Shown here in pieces: positions 1 through 10,291 of a DNA stretch of 64,000 bases. The stretch's first letter is position 1. Every line of letters starts with the position of its first letter. Under the pieces are notes generated by a model that did not search any database, had not been told where the DNA came from, and saw only the letters and a list, made by a program, of their open reading frames with translations. A program made the position numbers and the translations under genes. This stretch comes from an uncultured Ruficoccus sp. (GTDB lineage Bacteria; Verrucomicrobiota; Verrucomicrobiia; Opitutales; Cerasicoccaceae). The stretch spans positions 3,591 through 67,590 of the forward strand of contig OZ223473.1 in NCBI GenBank assembly GCA_965140785.1, given 5' to 3'.

Positions 1-375
1 GTGGTGGCCCAGCAGAATGGTCGCGCAGGCGCTTTGGCGGTAAAAGGCCAGCCGCCGTTCGCGCAAAAAAGCTTCGGAAGCACCGGCGGGTACGTCCGTC
101 AGTTTTTCGCCGACGAAGGCCAATCCGAGTTCCCCGGCCAGTTTCTCCACGAACGCCGCGTCTGCGTCCGCCTCGCCCCCGCGCAGACCGTGGTTGAGGT
201 GCAGCACGCGCAGGTTTTGGCCGAACTTTACCCAGGCCAGCAACAGCAGGCAAACCGAGTCCGCTCCGCCCGAGCACCCCACCCCGACCGGCCCGGTCAT
301 CATTTCCGGCCAGTCGATCCGCTCCGCCGCCAGCGCGGCAGCGACGGCTTCAGATCTTTCGTGGAGGGGCGGCAT
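1..375 (-). CDS. tilS: tRNA(Ile)-lysidine synthetase, N-terminal part (runs off the window edge)
   Basis: Not in the ORF track. Manual minus-strand translation from ATG at 375 gives ...VGCSGGADSVCLLLL...VLHLNHGLRGGEADADAAFVEKL...ILLGHH, containing the PP-loop SGGxDS and HxNHGLR motifs. Confidence 0.9.
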   Translation of the reverse strand, partial: MPPLHERSEAVAAALAAERIDWPEMMTGPVGVGCSGGADSVCLLLLAWVKFGQNLRVLHLNHGLRGGEADADAAFVEKLAGELGLAFVGEKLTDVPAGASEAFLRERRLAFYRQSACATILLGHH

Positions 376-423
376 ACCCTCCCAAGTCTGCTCCCCGCCC
401 CTCCGCTGGCAATGCTGCTTTTT

Positions 424-664
424 AACTGGGCTTATGCAGCCCAGGCCCGCAGCAGGCATAGCCTGCACTTTCGATGCTGCGCATCGCGTCAGTGTTTGTT
501 GAAAAGAGTGGAACTCTTTTCAACAAACACTGAGGAGCATCAAAACTGGGTTGCACCATCGAGCTCAGGCACAGATCACGCGAACGAATGTTTTATTGGC
601 GAAGCCGTGTCAGTGAAGGCTCCAATGTCGGTCTGGCGTTTGGGCGGAGCCCCGCAAACTGTAA
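424..664 (-). repeat. Multi-hairpin intergenic element, copy 1 (homolog of 63761-64000)
   Basis: Perfect 21-bp inverted repeat 489-509/513-533. Block 446-491 is 44/46 identical and block 535-550 is 16/16 identical to the reverse complement of blocks in copy 2. Confidence 0.8.
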
Positions 665-1945
665 CTACTTTCCGGCCGGGGCCAGTGTCTCAAATCCGGT
701 CCAGCGGTGCAGGATCTCGGGGACCTTGACGGTGCCGTCGGCCTGGAGGTTGTTTTCCAGGAGAGCGGCGAGGACGCGCGGGACGGCGAGGCCGGAGCCG
801 TTGAGGGTGTGGACGATCTCGGCCTTGCCGCCGCCCTTGGGACGGAAGCGGATGCCGGCGCGGCGGGCCTGAAAGTCGGTAAAGTTCGAGCAGCTGGAAA
901 CCTCCAGCCAGCGCTGCTGGCCACCGGCCCAAACCTCGAGATCGTACTGCTTGGCGTGCGGGAAGCCGATGTCCCCGGCGCACATGAGCAGGACGCGGTA
1001 CGGCAGGCCGAGCTTTTGCAAAAGGACCTCGGCATTGTCGCGCAGCAGTTCGAGCTCCTCGAAGCTCTTGTCCGGGTGGACCCACTTGACGAGCTCGACT
1101 TTGTCAAACTGATGCAGGCGGTTGAGGCCGCGCACGTGCTTGCCCCAGCTCCCGGCCTCGCGGCGGAAGCACGGGGTGTAGCCGCAGCGGTACACGGGCA
1201 GGTCGCCCTCGTCAAAGGTCTCGTCGCGGAAGAAGTTCGTCACCGGCACCTCGGCGGTCGGGATCATGTAAAAATCCTCGGTCGGCATGTGGTACATCTG
1301 CCCTTCCTTGTCGGGAAGCTGGCCGGTGGCAGTGGCGCTGGCAGCGTTGACCATGAGCGGCGGCAGGACTTCCTGATAGCCGTTGACGCAGGCCTCTTCG
1401 AGGAAATAGCTGATCAGGGCGCGCACGAGGCGGGCCATGTCGCCGACATAGAACGGAAAGCCCGCGCCCGTGGCCTTGACCCCGCGCTCAAAGTCGATCG
1501 CCTGCGCAAACCACGGGATGTCCCAGTGCGGCACGGCGTGAGTGGAGACGTCATTGGGCTCGCCCCAGGTGGCGGCCACGACGTTATCGTCCTCGGTGTG
1601 CCCGTCGGGCACGCTGGCGTCGGGCATATTCGGGATGGCGAGGAAGAGGTCCTTCCACTTGGCTTCAACCTCGTTGGCGGCGGCTTCGAGGGCCTTGACC
1701 TCCTCGGAGAGGGCCTTCATGGAGGCGAGCTTTTCCTGAAACTCGGGGGACTTTTTGTCCTTGAACTGGCCGACCTCTTTGCTGGCGGCTTTCTGCTCAG
1801 CGCGCTTGGTCTCGGCCGTGTTGATGGCGGCGCGTCGCTCCTCGTCGAGCTTGAGGATGGCGTCCCAATCGACCGTGAATTTCTTCCGGGCGATGGCCTT
1901 CTTGAGCCCCTCGGGGTCTTCGCGTAAAAGTTTGATGTCGATCAT
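665..1945 (-). CDS. serS: Serine--tRNA ligase
   Basis: N-terminal coiled coil; motifs PTAEVP, CFRREAGS, GLNRLHQFDKVE, EVSSCSN, TLNGSGLA. Start placed at MIDIK (1945). Confidence 0.97.
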   Translation of the reverse strand: MIDIKLLREDPEGLKKAIARKKFTVDWDAILKLDEERRAAINTAETKRAEQKAASKEVGQFKDKKSPEFQEKLASMKALSEEVKALEAAANEVEAKWKDLFLAIPNMPDASVPDGHTEDDNVVAATWGEPNDVSTHAVPHWDIPWFAQAIDFERGVKATGAGFPFYVGDMARLVRALISYFLEEACVNGYQEVLPPLMVNAASATATGQLPDKEGQMYHMPTEDFYMIPTAEVPVTNFFRDETFDEGDLPVYRCGYTPCFRREAGSWGKHVRGLNRLHQFDKVELVKWVHPDKSFEELELLRDNAEVLLQKLGLPYRVLLMCAGDIGFPHAKQYDLEVWAGGQQRWLEVSSCSNFTDFQARRAGIRFRPKGGGKAEIVHTLNGSGLAVPRVLAALLENNLQADGTVKVPEILHRWTGFETLAPAGK

Positions 1946-2157
1946 GGCAAAAGCAAAAGCGATCACTTTAGAACAGCCGCTCACGCGCTGGCAAACTTTT
2001 GTATCGGCCATTCGTTATTGGTCGGGGATCGCGGCGCTCCACATTGGAGGATGCATGGAGAGCCGCTCCCGGCGTTCGCCCCACTGTCGTATAATGCAAC
2101 ACGCCACGTACAAGCACGGCTTGACGCGGGTTGTTCAGTCGTTATTACTCTGGGGGC

Positions 2158-2746
2158 ATGGTTGCTGTTAATTCCACCATGCTCCCACTGGGCACGCCCG
2201 CCCCGGCCTTTCACCTGCCCGACACCCAGGGCAACACCGTCTCGCTGGAAGCCTTCGACGGAGCCAAGGCCTATGTGGTCATGTTCATCTGCAACCACTG
2301 CCCGTACGTGCGCATGCTGCGCCGCGAGATCGCCCAGCTTGCGGGCGAGTACCGGGATAAGAACGTGGCCTTTGTCGGCATCAACAGCAATGACATCGAG
2401 AACTACCCCGACGACAGCATGGACAACATGGCCCGCGAAGTCGCCGAACAGGGCTACCCTTTCCCCTACTGCCTCGACGAAACGCAGAATGTCGCCAAGG
2501 CCTACCGCGCCAACTGCACCCCGGATTTTTACGTCTTCGACCATGAGCGCATGCTGGTTTACCGGGGGCAGTTCGACGACGCCCGGCCCGGCAACGGTGT
2601 AACCGTAACGGGTTCGGACCTGCGCGCCGCCCTCGATGCCGTCCTCGACGACGAGGAAATCCCCCGACGATGTGCAAAAGCCCTCCATCGGCTGCAATAT
2701 CAAGTGGAAACCCGGCAACGAGCCCGAGTATTTCCGGAAGGCATAG
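2158..2746 (+). CDS. Thioredoxin/AhpC-TSA family protein (apparent +1 frameshift near 2661-2665)
   Basis: FICNHCPYV CxxC and CTPDFYVFD motifs. Removing one C from the C5 run restores the expected tail QKPSIGCNIKWKPGNEPEYF ending at TAG 2744-2746. Confidence 0.85.
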
Positions 2747-2804
2747 CCCTTCATCCGCCGGTGCCATTAAAAGAAATATCCTTACCGCGGACATGCCCGG
2801 GTGG

Positions 2805-2968
2805 CGTAGGGGCTCAGCCTCTGCTGTGAGGCATGTGAAGTTTCTTTGAGTTGGCGACAATCGCCGTGGCCCATGCCGCCGCGTTAGAGGCGGCATCAGT
2901 GATGCGGGAGCATCACAGGTGCAGGACTTTGTCCTGCCCCTCAATGTCGAGTGCGGTCACGCACCTAC
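2805..2968. repeat. REP/BIME-like hairpin cluster between convergent genes
   Basis: 2937-2965 is 28/29 identical to the reverse complement of 63779-63807. Stacked hairpins include GTGATGC/GCATCAC, ATGCCGCC/GGCGGCAT and GCAGGAC/GTCCTGC; CGTAGGGGC at 2805. Confidence 0.7.
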
Positions 2969-5436
2969 TTGGTTTTCATGACATAGACGCCGTCCCAGGT
3001 GTCGGGAGGCGGTGTGGTCTTCATCTCGGCGCAGCGGGCCTGCATGGCGAGGCTGGGATTGAGATGGACCCCCGCGTCGCGCCCGGGCTGGAACTGCTCC
3101 AGTTGCGCCGCTTTTTCAAACATGCCGGTGGCGGCATCCCACTCGCGACGGAAATACCGTTCGAGCGCCTGCTCGTAAATAGCGACGCACTCCAGTACCT
3201 CGGGCGGCAGCTCCGAGCGGAAACCGACCAGTTCGTACATGTGTACCGGCTGCTTGCGGCCCTTGACCTGCCACTTGTCCACGAAGCGGAAAAGCAGGTC
3301 GTCGCGCACAGCCCGGGCCTCGTTGCGGGTCTGCTCGCTGACGAGGGTATAGGCACCGGCGGACTTGGCCCCGCTCTCGCAGCGGGCGGCCAGGTTGACC
3401 GTGTCGCCCATCATGGTGTAGTTGAAGCGCGCTTCCGAGCCCATGTTGCCCACGGTGGCGTGGCCGGTGTTGAGACCGATGCGGGTGCGCATCTGCGGTA
3501 CGATCGGGGGCCACTTGTCGCCCTCGTCCGCCCACTTCTTACACAGGGCGGCCTGGCGCTGCTGGATGCGGGCGGCGGCCCGGCAGGCCTGGTAGGCATG
3601 GTGCTTGATGTGGATCGGGGCGTTGAACATGGCCACCATGGCATCGCCGATGTACTTATCGAGCGTACCGCCCTCCTCCTGCACGATGTCCGTCATGGCC
3701 GTGAGGTACTCATTCATCAGCTCGACCAGTTGGCGGGGCTCCAGGAGTTCGGAGAAACCGGAAAAACTCTGGATGTCGCTGAAAAAGGCGGTGATCGTCT
3801 CGTCCACCCCGCCCAACTGCGGCTCCTCGCCCGACTCGACCATGCGCTCAACCAGGTCCGGCGAGAGATAGGTGCCGAACATGCCCTTGATGCGGCTTTT
3901 CTGACGCTCCTCAACGAGCAGGCGGTAAACGGCGCCTGCCGTGGTGGTGGTGACAGCACAGGCCACCGGCGCGATCAACGGGATGACGAGGTGAAAACGG
4001 CTAAATGCCCAGAATACGGCCCCCACGTAGAGGCCCAGCACAACGAAGCTGGCCGACTTGTAGATCAGGCTGTGACGGCCGGTGGCGGTCCCGAGGTAGG
4101 CAACCACCGCGGTCAAGGCAAACAGGATGGCAATCTCGGCCCACCGGGGCAGCCGCTGAATGTACTGCCCGCTCATGAGCGTCTTGTAGAGGTTGCCATG
4201 GACGCTGACCTTGGGCACGGCGGTGGAGTCGAACGGCGTCGGCGCCAGGTCCTGCATGGCCTTGTCAGTGGGGCCGATCAGCACCACAGCACCCTCGAAC
4301 ATCTTGAAAAAGTCGCGGGCTTTCTGCTTGAGCTGCTCGGCATCGGGGCCGGTGGCACTTTCGAGGTTGTAGGCCTGCTCCATGATCAGTCGCACACTGG
4401 CGGCGGGATTAAGCTCGCGGTTGTCCCAACGCGAGAACCAGTTGGTTTCCACGACTTGGCCATCGATCAACGGGGCCTCGATCACAGTCTCGCCCTCCGC
4501 GTCTGTGACACTCAGCGTGTCCTCGTCGATGGAAATAGCCTCGTGGCTCAGCCCCAGCTCGATCAGGGCCAGTTCGAGCGAGAGAGCGTAAAAGGTCCGT
4601 TCCGTCTCCGCCGGGAGCGCCGCCAACTGGTTAAAATCCTTGTCGAAGACGAAAACCTTTCCATCGAATGTATCGACCAGTTCATGGGCCTCCTGAGGAC
4701 TGATCCCGAGATTGCGGTAAATGCCATCCACGAGATTGAGGGTTTCGTAGGGCCCATGGGCACGCGCGAACAGCGGCACCCAACGCGGAACCGGCCCGGC
4801 ATTGCGGACCTGGTCCATGTCGATCAGCCCGATTCCCTCCTGCCCCGGTCGCTTAATGATGGGATAAGTCGGCATCTCCGGAAACGTATCTCCGATGCCG
4901 GCCTGCGAGTCCTCTCGCAAGTAGGGAAAGAACCGGGTCTTCTCCTCAACCAGTTCGATGCTGCGGTCCTTTTTGCGGTCCTCGATGGTCAGAGGCAACA
5001 GGCTACCGCTGTAAAAAGCGGCAAACACGGTCCCCGGGTACTGTTCGGCCACCTGACCGAGCACCTGATCGTTTTGTACGATGGCTTCGTGCGAAACCAT
5101 GGTCGAGTGTGCCTGGGGCGAAAACACGAAGTCGAACCCCACAGCCTTGGCTTTGCCATACTCGAACAGCACCCGCGCTACTTGCGCGTATTGTTCCCGC
5201 GGAAAGGGACGCTCGCCCCAGTAGTCGGTGGTGGCCGCGTCCACATTCGCGTAAACGACATCGGCCTCGGGCACGGCCATTTCCCCCCGCACCTGGAAAC
5301 GCCAGTCCATGGCGAGGTTTTCCAGCGGCTTGAAAATCGGCTGCAAGGGTTCCCACTCGCTCAACGCCAGCCAGAGGATCACGACCGGTGCCATGATCAG
5401 GGCGAGTGTAAAATTACTGGCGCGGGGGGATGACAT
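2965..5436 (-). CDS. CHASE2-domain class III adenylate/guanylate cyclase
   Basis: N-terminal TM, CHASE2 (VGFDFVF, PRWVPL), three TMs, then cyclase motifs FFSDIQSFS, DKYIGDA, YTMMGDTVNLAARCES. Confidence 0.92.
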   Translation of the reverse strand: MSSPRASNFTLALIMAPVVILWLALSEWEPLQPIFKPLENLAMDWRFQVRGEMAVPEADVVYANVDAATTDYWGERPFPREQYAQVARVLFEYGKAKAVGFDFVFSPQAHSTMVSHEAIVQNDQVLGQVAEQYPGTVFAAFYSGSLLPLTIEDRKKDRSIELVEEKTRFFPYLREDSQAGIGDTFPEMPTYPIIKRPGQEGIGLIDMDQVRNAGPVPRWVPLFARAHGPYETLNLVDGIYRNLGISPQEAHELVDTFDGKVFVFDKDFNQLAALPAETERTFYALSLELALIELGLSHEAISIDEDTLSVTDAEGETVIEAPLIDGQVVETNWFSRWDNRELNPAASVRLIMEQAYNLESATGPDAEQLKQKARDFFKMFEGAVVLIGPTDKAMQDLAPTPFDSTAVPKVSVHGNLYKTLMSGQYIQRLPRWAEIAILFALTAVVAYLGTATGRHSLIYKSASFVVLGLYVGAVFWAFSRFHLVIPLIAPVACAVTTTTAGAVYRLLVEERQKSRIKGMFGTYLSPDLVERMVESGEEPQLGGVDETITAFFSDIQSFSGFSELLEPRQLVELMNEYLTAMTDIVQEEGGTLDKYIGDAMVAMFNAPIHIKHHAYQACRAAARIQQRQAALCKKWADEGDKWPPIVPQMRTRIGLNTGHATVGNMGSEARFNYTMMGDTVNLAARCESGAKSAGAYTLVSEQTRNEARAVRDDLLFRFVDKWQVKGRKQPVHMYELVGFRSELPPEVLECVAIYEQALERYFRREWDAATGMFEKAAQLEQFQPGRDAGVHLNPSLAMQARCAEMKTTPPPDTWDGVYVMKTK

Positions 5437-5466
5437 AGCCGAAATGACCGATCACCAATCGCAAAC

Positions 5467-5796
5467 TTACTTTTTGGCCTCCTGGCCTTCGGGTGTCTTC
5501 ACCAGGTGGAGGACGCGCATGCTGGCGCCTTCCCCTTGATTGGGGGTGACCGCGGGCAAGGCTGCCAGCGGCAGTGGCGGAGGCTGGTAGCGGAATAGAT
5601 TGGCCAGTTTGACATCCGGCCCCATGGCCTTGGAGCGAACGACCTCCGCCTGTTCGTTAGAAGCGGCGGATTCCGGGGACGCAGGAGAAGCTGCTGGCCG
5701 GGCGTCCGGCTTGCTTTCGTCCGCCGCTTGCAACAGGGCCGCGAGAGCGAAGTTCAGGACCAAGACACACAGACAGGTGGAGAAAAAAGATTTCAT
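5467..5796 (-). CDS. Hypothetical secreted protein
   Basis: Signal-peptide-like N-terminus; sits co-directionally between two minus-strand genes; no recognisable domain. Confidence 0.45.
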   Translation of the reverse strand: MKSFFSTCLCVLVLNFALAALLQAADESKPDARPAASPASPESAASNEQAEVVRSKAMGPDVKLANLFRYQPPPLPLAALPAVTPNQGEGASMRVLHLVKTPEGQEAKK

Positions 5797-5802
5797 CGTG
5801 GC

Positions 5803-7781
5803 TCAGGGGATGAGGATTTTCATGCGCAGGCTCTGAGCGGCGGCCTCTTCGGGCTTGAGCTCCAGCGAACGGTCAATGGCCACCAGGGCTTGATCGCGGG
5901 TGGCCGGGTTAATATTGAGATAGGAAGAGAGATAGTACCAGGCGATGGGGTTGTTGGGCGCGACTTCGGTCGCCCGCCGGTAGGCCTCGCCGCTGCCGAC
6001 ATAGTCGCCGCGCATCCACCTGGCCGTCCCCAGGGCGATCCAGGCCTCCATATAGTCCGGGCTGATCGCCAGTGCCTGATCGGCCTCCTTCTCGGCCTCC
6101 GCGCCGTACTCTTCGTGTCGGGAGGGATACTCGAAGCTCTGGCTCAGGATCGCTTTGGCCAGATTCGTCCGCAGGCGCGGGTTGTCCGGGTCGGCCTCAA
6201 CCGCTTCCCGGCAGAAGAACAGCATGTCTTCCAGGGTGTGCTCCTCCTGCGTCTCGCGCTCCCGCAGCGCGGCGGAGGCTTTCTCAAGCTGGCGCTCTCC
6301 TTCGAAGGCGTAGGCCTGCCCCAGCAGGTACTGGCTCGAAACGCTCAGCAGCGCCACCGTGACCACCACGGCAGCTCCGACACAGCCCAACCCCGCGAGT
6401 TTACCCGCCTTCACCGTGTACACGTGAGTCGGCAGGCATTTGACCATGATAGCCAGATAGACCGCCACGATGAACAGCAGGGCCGGCACGCGCAGGTTGA
6501 ACTCGAAAAACAGTTGAAGGCCGAAGGCGAAAAAGGCCATCAGGATGGCCATCAGGAACATGCGCTTGTTCGGGACCACTTTGCGCTTGGCCGGGTGCTC
6601 AAGCAGGACGAATTGCGGCTGGGTGCTCAGCCCGCGGGCGGCCTGGACAACCATCCAGATCACCGGAAGGATAAAGACAACCCCCAGCAGGCCGAAGTCA
6701 CTCAGGAAATTCAGATAGGCGCTATGGGCATAGACCGGGTCGTAGTTGAAGCCCTCGGGGCGGCGCAGTTCAAAGAACCATCCGTAACTGCTCATCCCCT
6801 GCCCCAGAAACGGATGGGCCAGGAAGTTCTTGAACGCGGCCAGCCAGAGCGCCGGACGCGGGTCGCTGAAGTCGCCCTTGAGCAGCGCGTCGATGGTCTG
6901 CTCAAAGCCGGACTTGGAGAAATACAGGTAGGCCATGCCTGTCACCGGAATCAGCAGCGCACACAGGAAGGCATACATTTTCCACTGCGGGCGCGTAGCC
7001 AGCAGAAACGGGCATAATAGCAGTCCGCCCGTCATTGCCAACAGCGCCGGCAGACTCTGCGTCAGGGTCAGTGCGCACATCGCCAACAAGGCCAGAAAAA
7101 AGCAGAAGAAGCGGATCGGCGGGTTGAGGCGGCGGCAGAACGCCCCCACCAACAGCGGGCTCAAGATCAAGAGCATCAGGCCCGCGAAAGCCGACGGCGA
7201 GCCCATCGTGCCGGCGGCACGCCCCAAAAAGGCAGAGGCCAGCTTCAGTTGATACGAGCCACCGTCCAAGGGATTCACCACGGCCGGGGACCAGTTGGAC
7301 TGGCGCATGGTCTGGTTAAAGGCGGACAGAATCGTCAAAGCTGAGTAAAAACAAATAATCGCCAACAGCAGCCACACATGCTGGCGTTTGCGCAGGTTGT
7401 GAACCGCCACCCAGAAAAGAATAAACGCTTCCAGAATCAGGATAAAATCCCTCTGAGCCTCCCACCCGACCGGCGAAAGTACCAGCCACTGCAAAAGGGC
7501 GTACGCCAGGAACGGAACCAGCAGAAGGGCGTTTTTCTGAAACGTATAGACCCCGTTCTGAGGACTGATCGCAAACCAAATCCCGTGGAGCATCAAGAGT
7601 CCGCCACACATCCACGCCGTCACCACCTGTGTCTCGGCGCGAACCCCGCCCATCTGCCAGATATTGAAGCACAGAATAGCCCCCATCGTGAGCGTGATTA
7701 ACCAGTCGAGCAGATTGCTCAGCGTCAGCTCCCAATCAGAAAGACCCGGAACTGTAAGGTTTTTTTCTTATGGCGAGGCAT
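5803..7781 (-). CDS. O-antigen ligase (Wzy_C)-family membrane protein with C-terminal TPRs (probable 1-bp deletion at T7 run 7760-7766)
   Basis: Many TMs, GRAAGTMGSPSAFAG, HPFLGQG, AHSAYLNFLSDFG, TPR tail. Adding one A joins MPRHKK (ATG 7781) to the track ORF that starts at 7686. Confidence 0.8.
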
Positions 7782-7884
7782 GGGCAGGGAGACCGAAAAG
7801 GCTTGAAAAGAGCTTCCACTAACGGGAATTATCAGTAACGGGCAAACATAAACTGCCCACCGAAACCTTAACCCATCCGAGACC

Positions 7885-9293
7885 ATGACTCCGAAGGAAG
7901 TTCTCGCTCTGGCCAAAGCCAAAGACGTCAAGATCGTCGATCTTAAATTTTGCGACATTCACGGAAGCTGGCAGCACTTTGCCGTTCCCGTTACCGAATT
8001 AAACGAAGACCTGTTCGAGGACGGACTCGGTTTCGACGGCTCCTCCATCCGCGGATGGCAGGGTATCGAGGCCTCGGACATGCTCGTCATGCCCGATGCG
8101 GCCACGGCCTTCATCGATCCTTTTGTCGAGGTGCCACGCTTAGTATCGTCTGCGACATCGAGGACCCGATCACCCGTGAGCCTTACAGCCGCTCGCCACG
8201 CGGCGTGGCCAAGAAGGCCGAGGAGTACCTGCAATCCACCGGACTGGCCGACACCGCCTACTTCGGCCCGGAGGCGGAGTTCTTCATCTTCGAGGATGTG
8301 CGCTACAACAGCGGTTCGAACGAGTCCTTCTACGCCGTCGATTCGGTCGAGGGTATCTGGAACACCGGACGGGAGGAGTTCCCCAATCAGGCCTACAAGA
8401 TCCGTCACAAGGAAGGCTACCTGCCGGTCTCCCCGCTGGACAAACACATGGACCTGCGCAACGAAATGGTCCTGACCATGCAGGAGTTGGGCCTCACCGT
8501 GGAGGCGCAGCACCACGAAGTCGCCACCGGCGGCCAGGCCGAGATCGACCTGCGCTTTGACACGCTGCTGAAGATGGCCGACCACATGTGCATCTACAAG
8601 TACGTGGTCAAGAACGTCGCCTACCGCTCCGGCAAGACTGCCACCTTCATGCCGAAACCCCTTTTCGGCGACAACGGCTCGGGCATGCACACCCACCAGT
8701 CGCTGTGGAAGAAGGGTAAGCCCCTCATGGCCGGCGACGGCTACGCCAACCTCTCCCAGATGGGGCTGTGGTACATCGGCGGCCTGCTCAAACACGCCCC
8801 GGCCCTGTGCGCCTTCTGCAACCCGACCAACAACTCCTACAAGCGGCTCGTGCCGGGCTACGAGGCGCCCGTGACCCTCGCCTACTCGGCCCGCAACCGT
8901 TCGGCCATCTGCCGCATCCCCATGTACAGCTCCAGCCCGAAGGCCACCCGCGTCGAGTTCCGCTGCCCGGACCCCTCGGCCAATCCCTATCTGGCCTTTG
9001 CCGCTCTGCTCATGGCCGGACTCGATGGGATTGAGAACAAGATCGACCCGGGCTCGCCGGTGGATAAGAACCTTTACGACTTGCCACCCGAGGAAGCCGC
9101 CAAGCTTTCTTACGTGCCCGACAGCCTGCGCGGTTCACTCGAAGCTCTGCGCGACGACCACGAGTTCCTGCTCAAGGGCGAGGTCTTCACCGAGGATTTT
9201 ATCCAGAACTACATCAAGCTCAAGATGGCCGAGTACGACGAGATCCGCCTGCGCCCCCATCCGCACGAATACTCGCTGTATTTCGACGTGTAG
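7885..9293 (+). CDS. glnA: Glutamine synthetase type I (apparent 1-bp deletion near 8134)
   Basis: [62 protein letters not shown]. The two overlapping ORFs join as EVPTLSIVCD. Confidence 0.97.
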
Positions 9294-9411
9294 GCGGACG
9301 GCCCATACCTCCTCCTCGGTGGGTTGCCGGACATCTTTGAATCAAAAGCATGATTTTTAGTCCCAATCATCATCTTTTTTGATTTCCATACACGTGGACG
9401 CGGGCATTATT

Positions 9412-10251
9412 ATGAACCAGATGAAGTCCGCCGCTCTGCTCATCTTGTGTTTGCCATGCCTGTGCCTCGGGATCAGTGCCCAGCCCGGAGCTGAGGAAAA
9501 AGCAAGCAGTACGATCACGGTTCCGACTGAGGGTATCACAAAGCCCGCGCGCTGTCCCGCGCCCGGAGAAACACTCACCCTCGAGTTCCCGGGCCTGCCA
9601 CCCATGTCCGCAGACGGGCAGCCCAGCATCTGCCAGATCCATATCCCGGCCACCTACACACCCGAAGGAGACTTCCCGCTGCTGGTCTGGTTCAGCGGAG
9701 GCAAGGGATCTTCCAACATCGCAGCGGCACGGGAACTGGTCGATTTTGACCAGTTTGTCGTCGTCACCCTGCCCTACCCGGAGGGTCGCAGCGCCCGCCT
9801 CGCCGTCAAAAACGGCACGATCGGCGAGTTCTGGGATTACCTGGAGCCGATGATGGCTGCCGTCAGAAAAACCGTGCCCAATATCAGCAAACGGCTCCGC
9901 ATCACCGGGGGCAGCAGTAATGGCGCGCACCTGGTCGGCTCCGCGATCTGTCAGCGCTGGGACGGATTTTCGGACTATTTCACCGCCTACATTCTGCATG
10001 AGGGCGGATACGCGCCCGACAAGGACTACTCCGCCGCCCGCGGCAAGCGCATGCTTATTGTCTATGGGGAGAAATCCACCGCCCATGCCTGGCAGTTGAC
10101 TTTTAATAAAGCGATCAAGCCCTCCGAGGCCCGCCTCACGTTTGTCGCCCTGCCGGATGCCGGTCATGGCCTGACCGACGAAGGCCGCCAACGCATCCGC
10201 GAATGGACGGACCGGCTGCTGGCAGATTCGCATGAGACCCGCTCTTTATAA
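9412..10251 (+). CDS. Secreted alpha/beta-hydrolase-fold protein (paralog 1)
   Basis: Signal peptide; G-S-S-N-G nucleophile elbow; C-terminal DAGHGL; clearly similar to the next ORF. Confidence 0.65.
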   Translation: MNQMKSAALLILCLPCLCLGISAQPGAEEKASSTITVPTEGITKPARCPAPGETLTLEFPGLPPMSADGQPSICQIHIPATYTPEGDFPLLVWFSGGKGSSNIAAARELVDFDQFVVVTLPYPEGRSARLAVKNGTIGEFWDYLEPMMAAVRKTVPNISKRLRITGGSSNGAHLVGSAICQRWDGFSDYFTAYILHEGGYAPDKDYSAARGKRMLIVYGEKSTAHAWQLTFNKAIKPSEARLTFVALPDAGHGLTDEGRQRIREWTDRLLADSHETRSL

Positions 10252-10291
10252 CTCCCCCGCTCATTCACCCCGTATCCCGACCATACCCACT

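Noticed and set aside
7771-7786. Possible sigma-54 promoter for glnA (TGGCGAGGCATGGGCA)
   Set aside because: GG/GC spacing fits but the -12 element lacks TT, and the site overlaps the inferred start codon of the divergent gene.
7803-7820. TTGAAAAGAGCTTCCACT upstream of glnA resembles the copy-1 hairpin (TTGAAAAGAG-TTCCACT), suggesting a guide/target relation
   Set aside because: Short, gapped, AT-rich match, and the copy-2 hairpin has no comparable target in the window; may be chance. Recheck once more copies are known.
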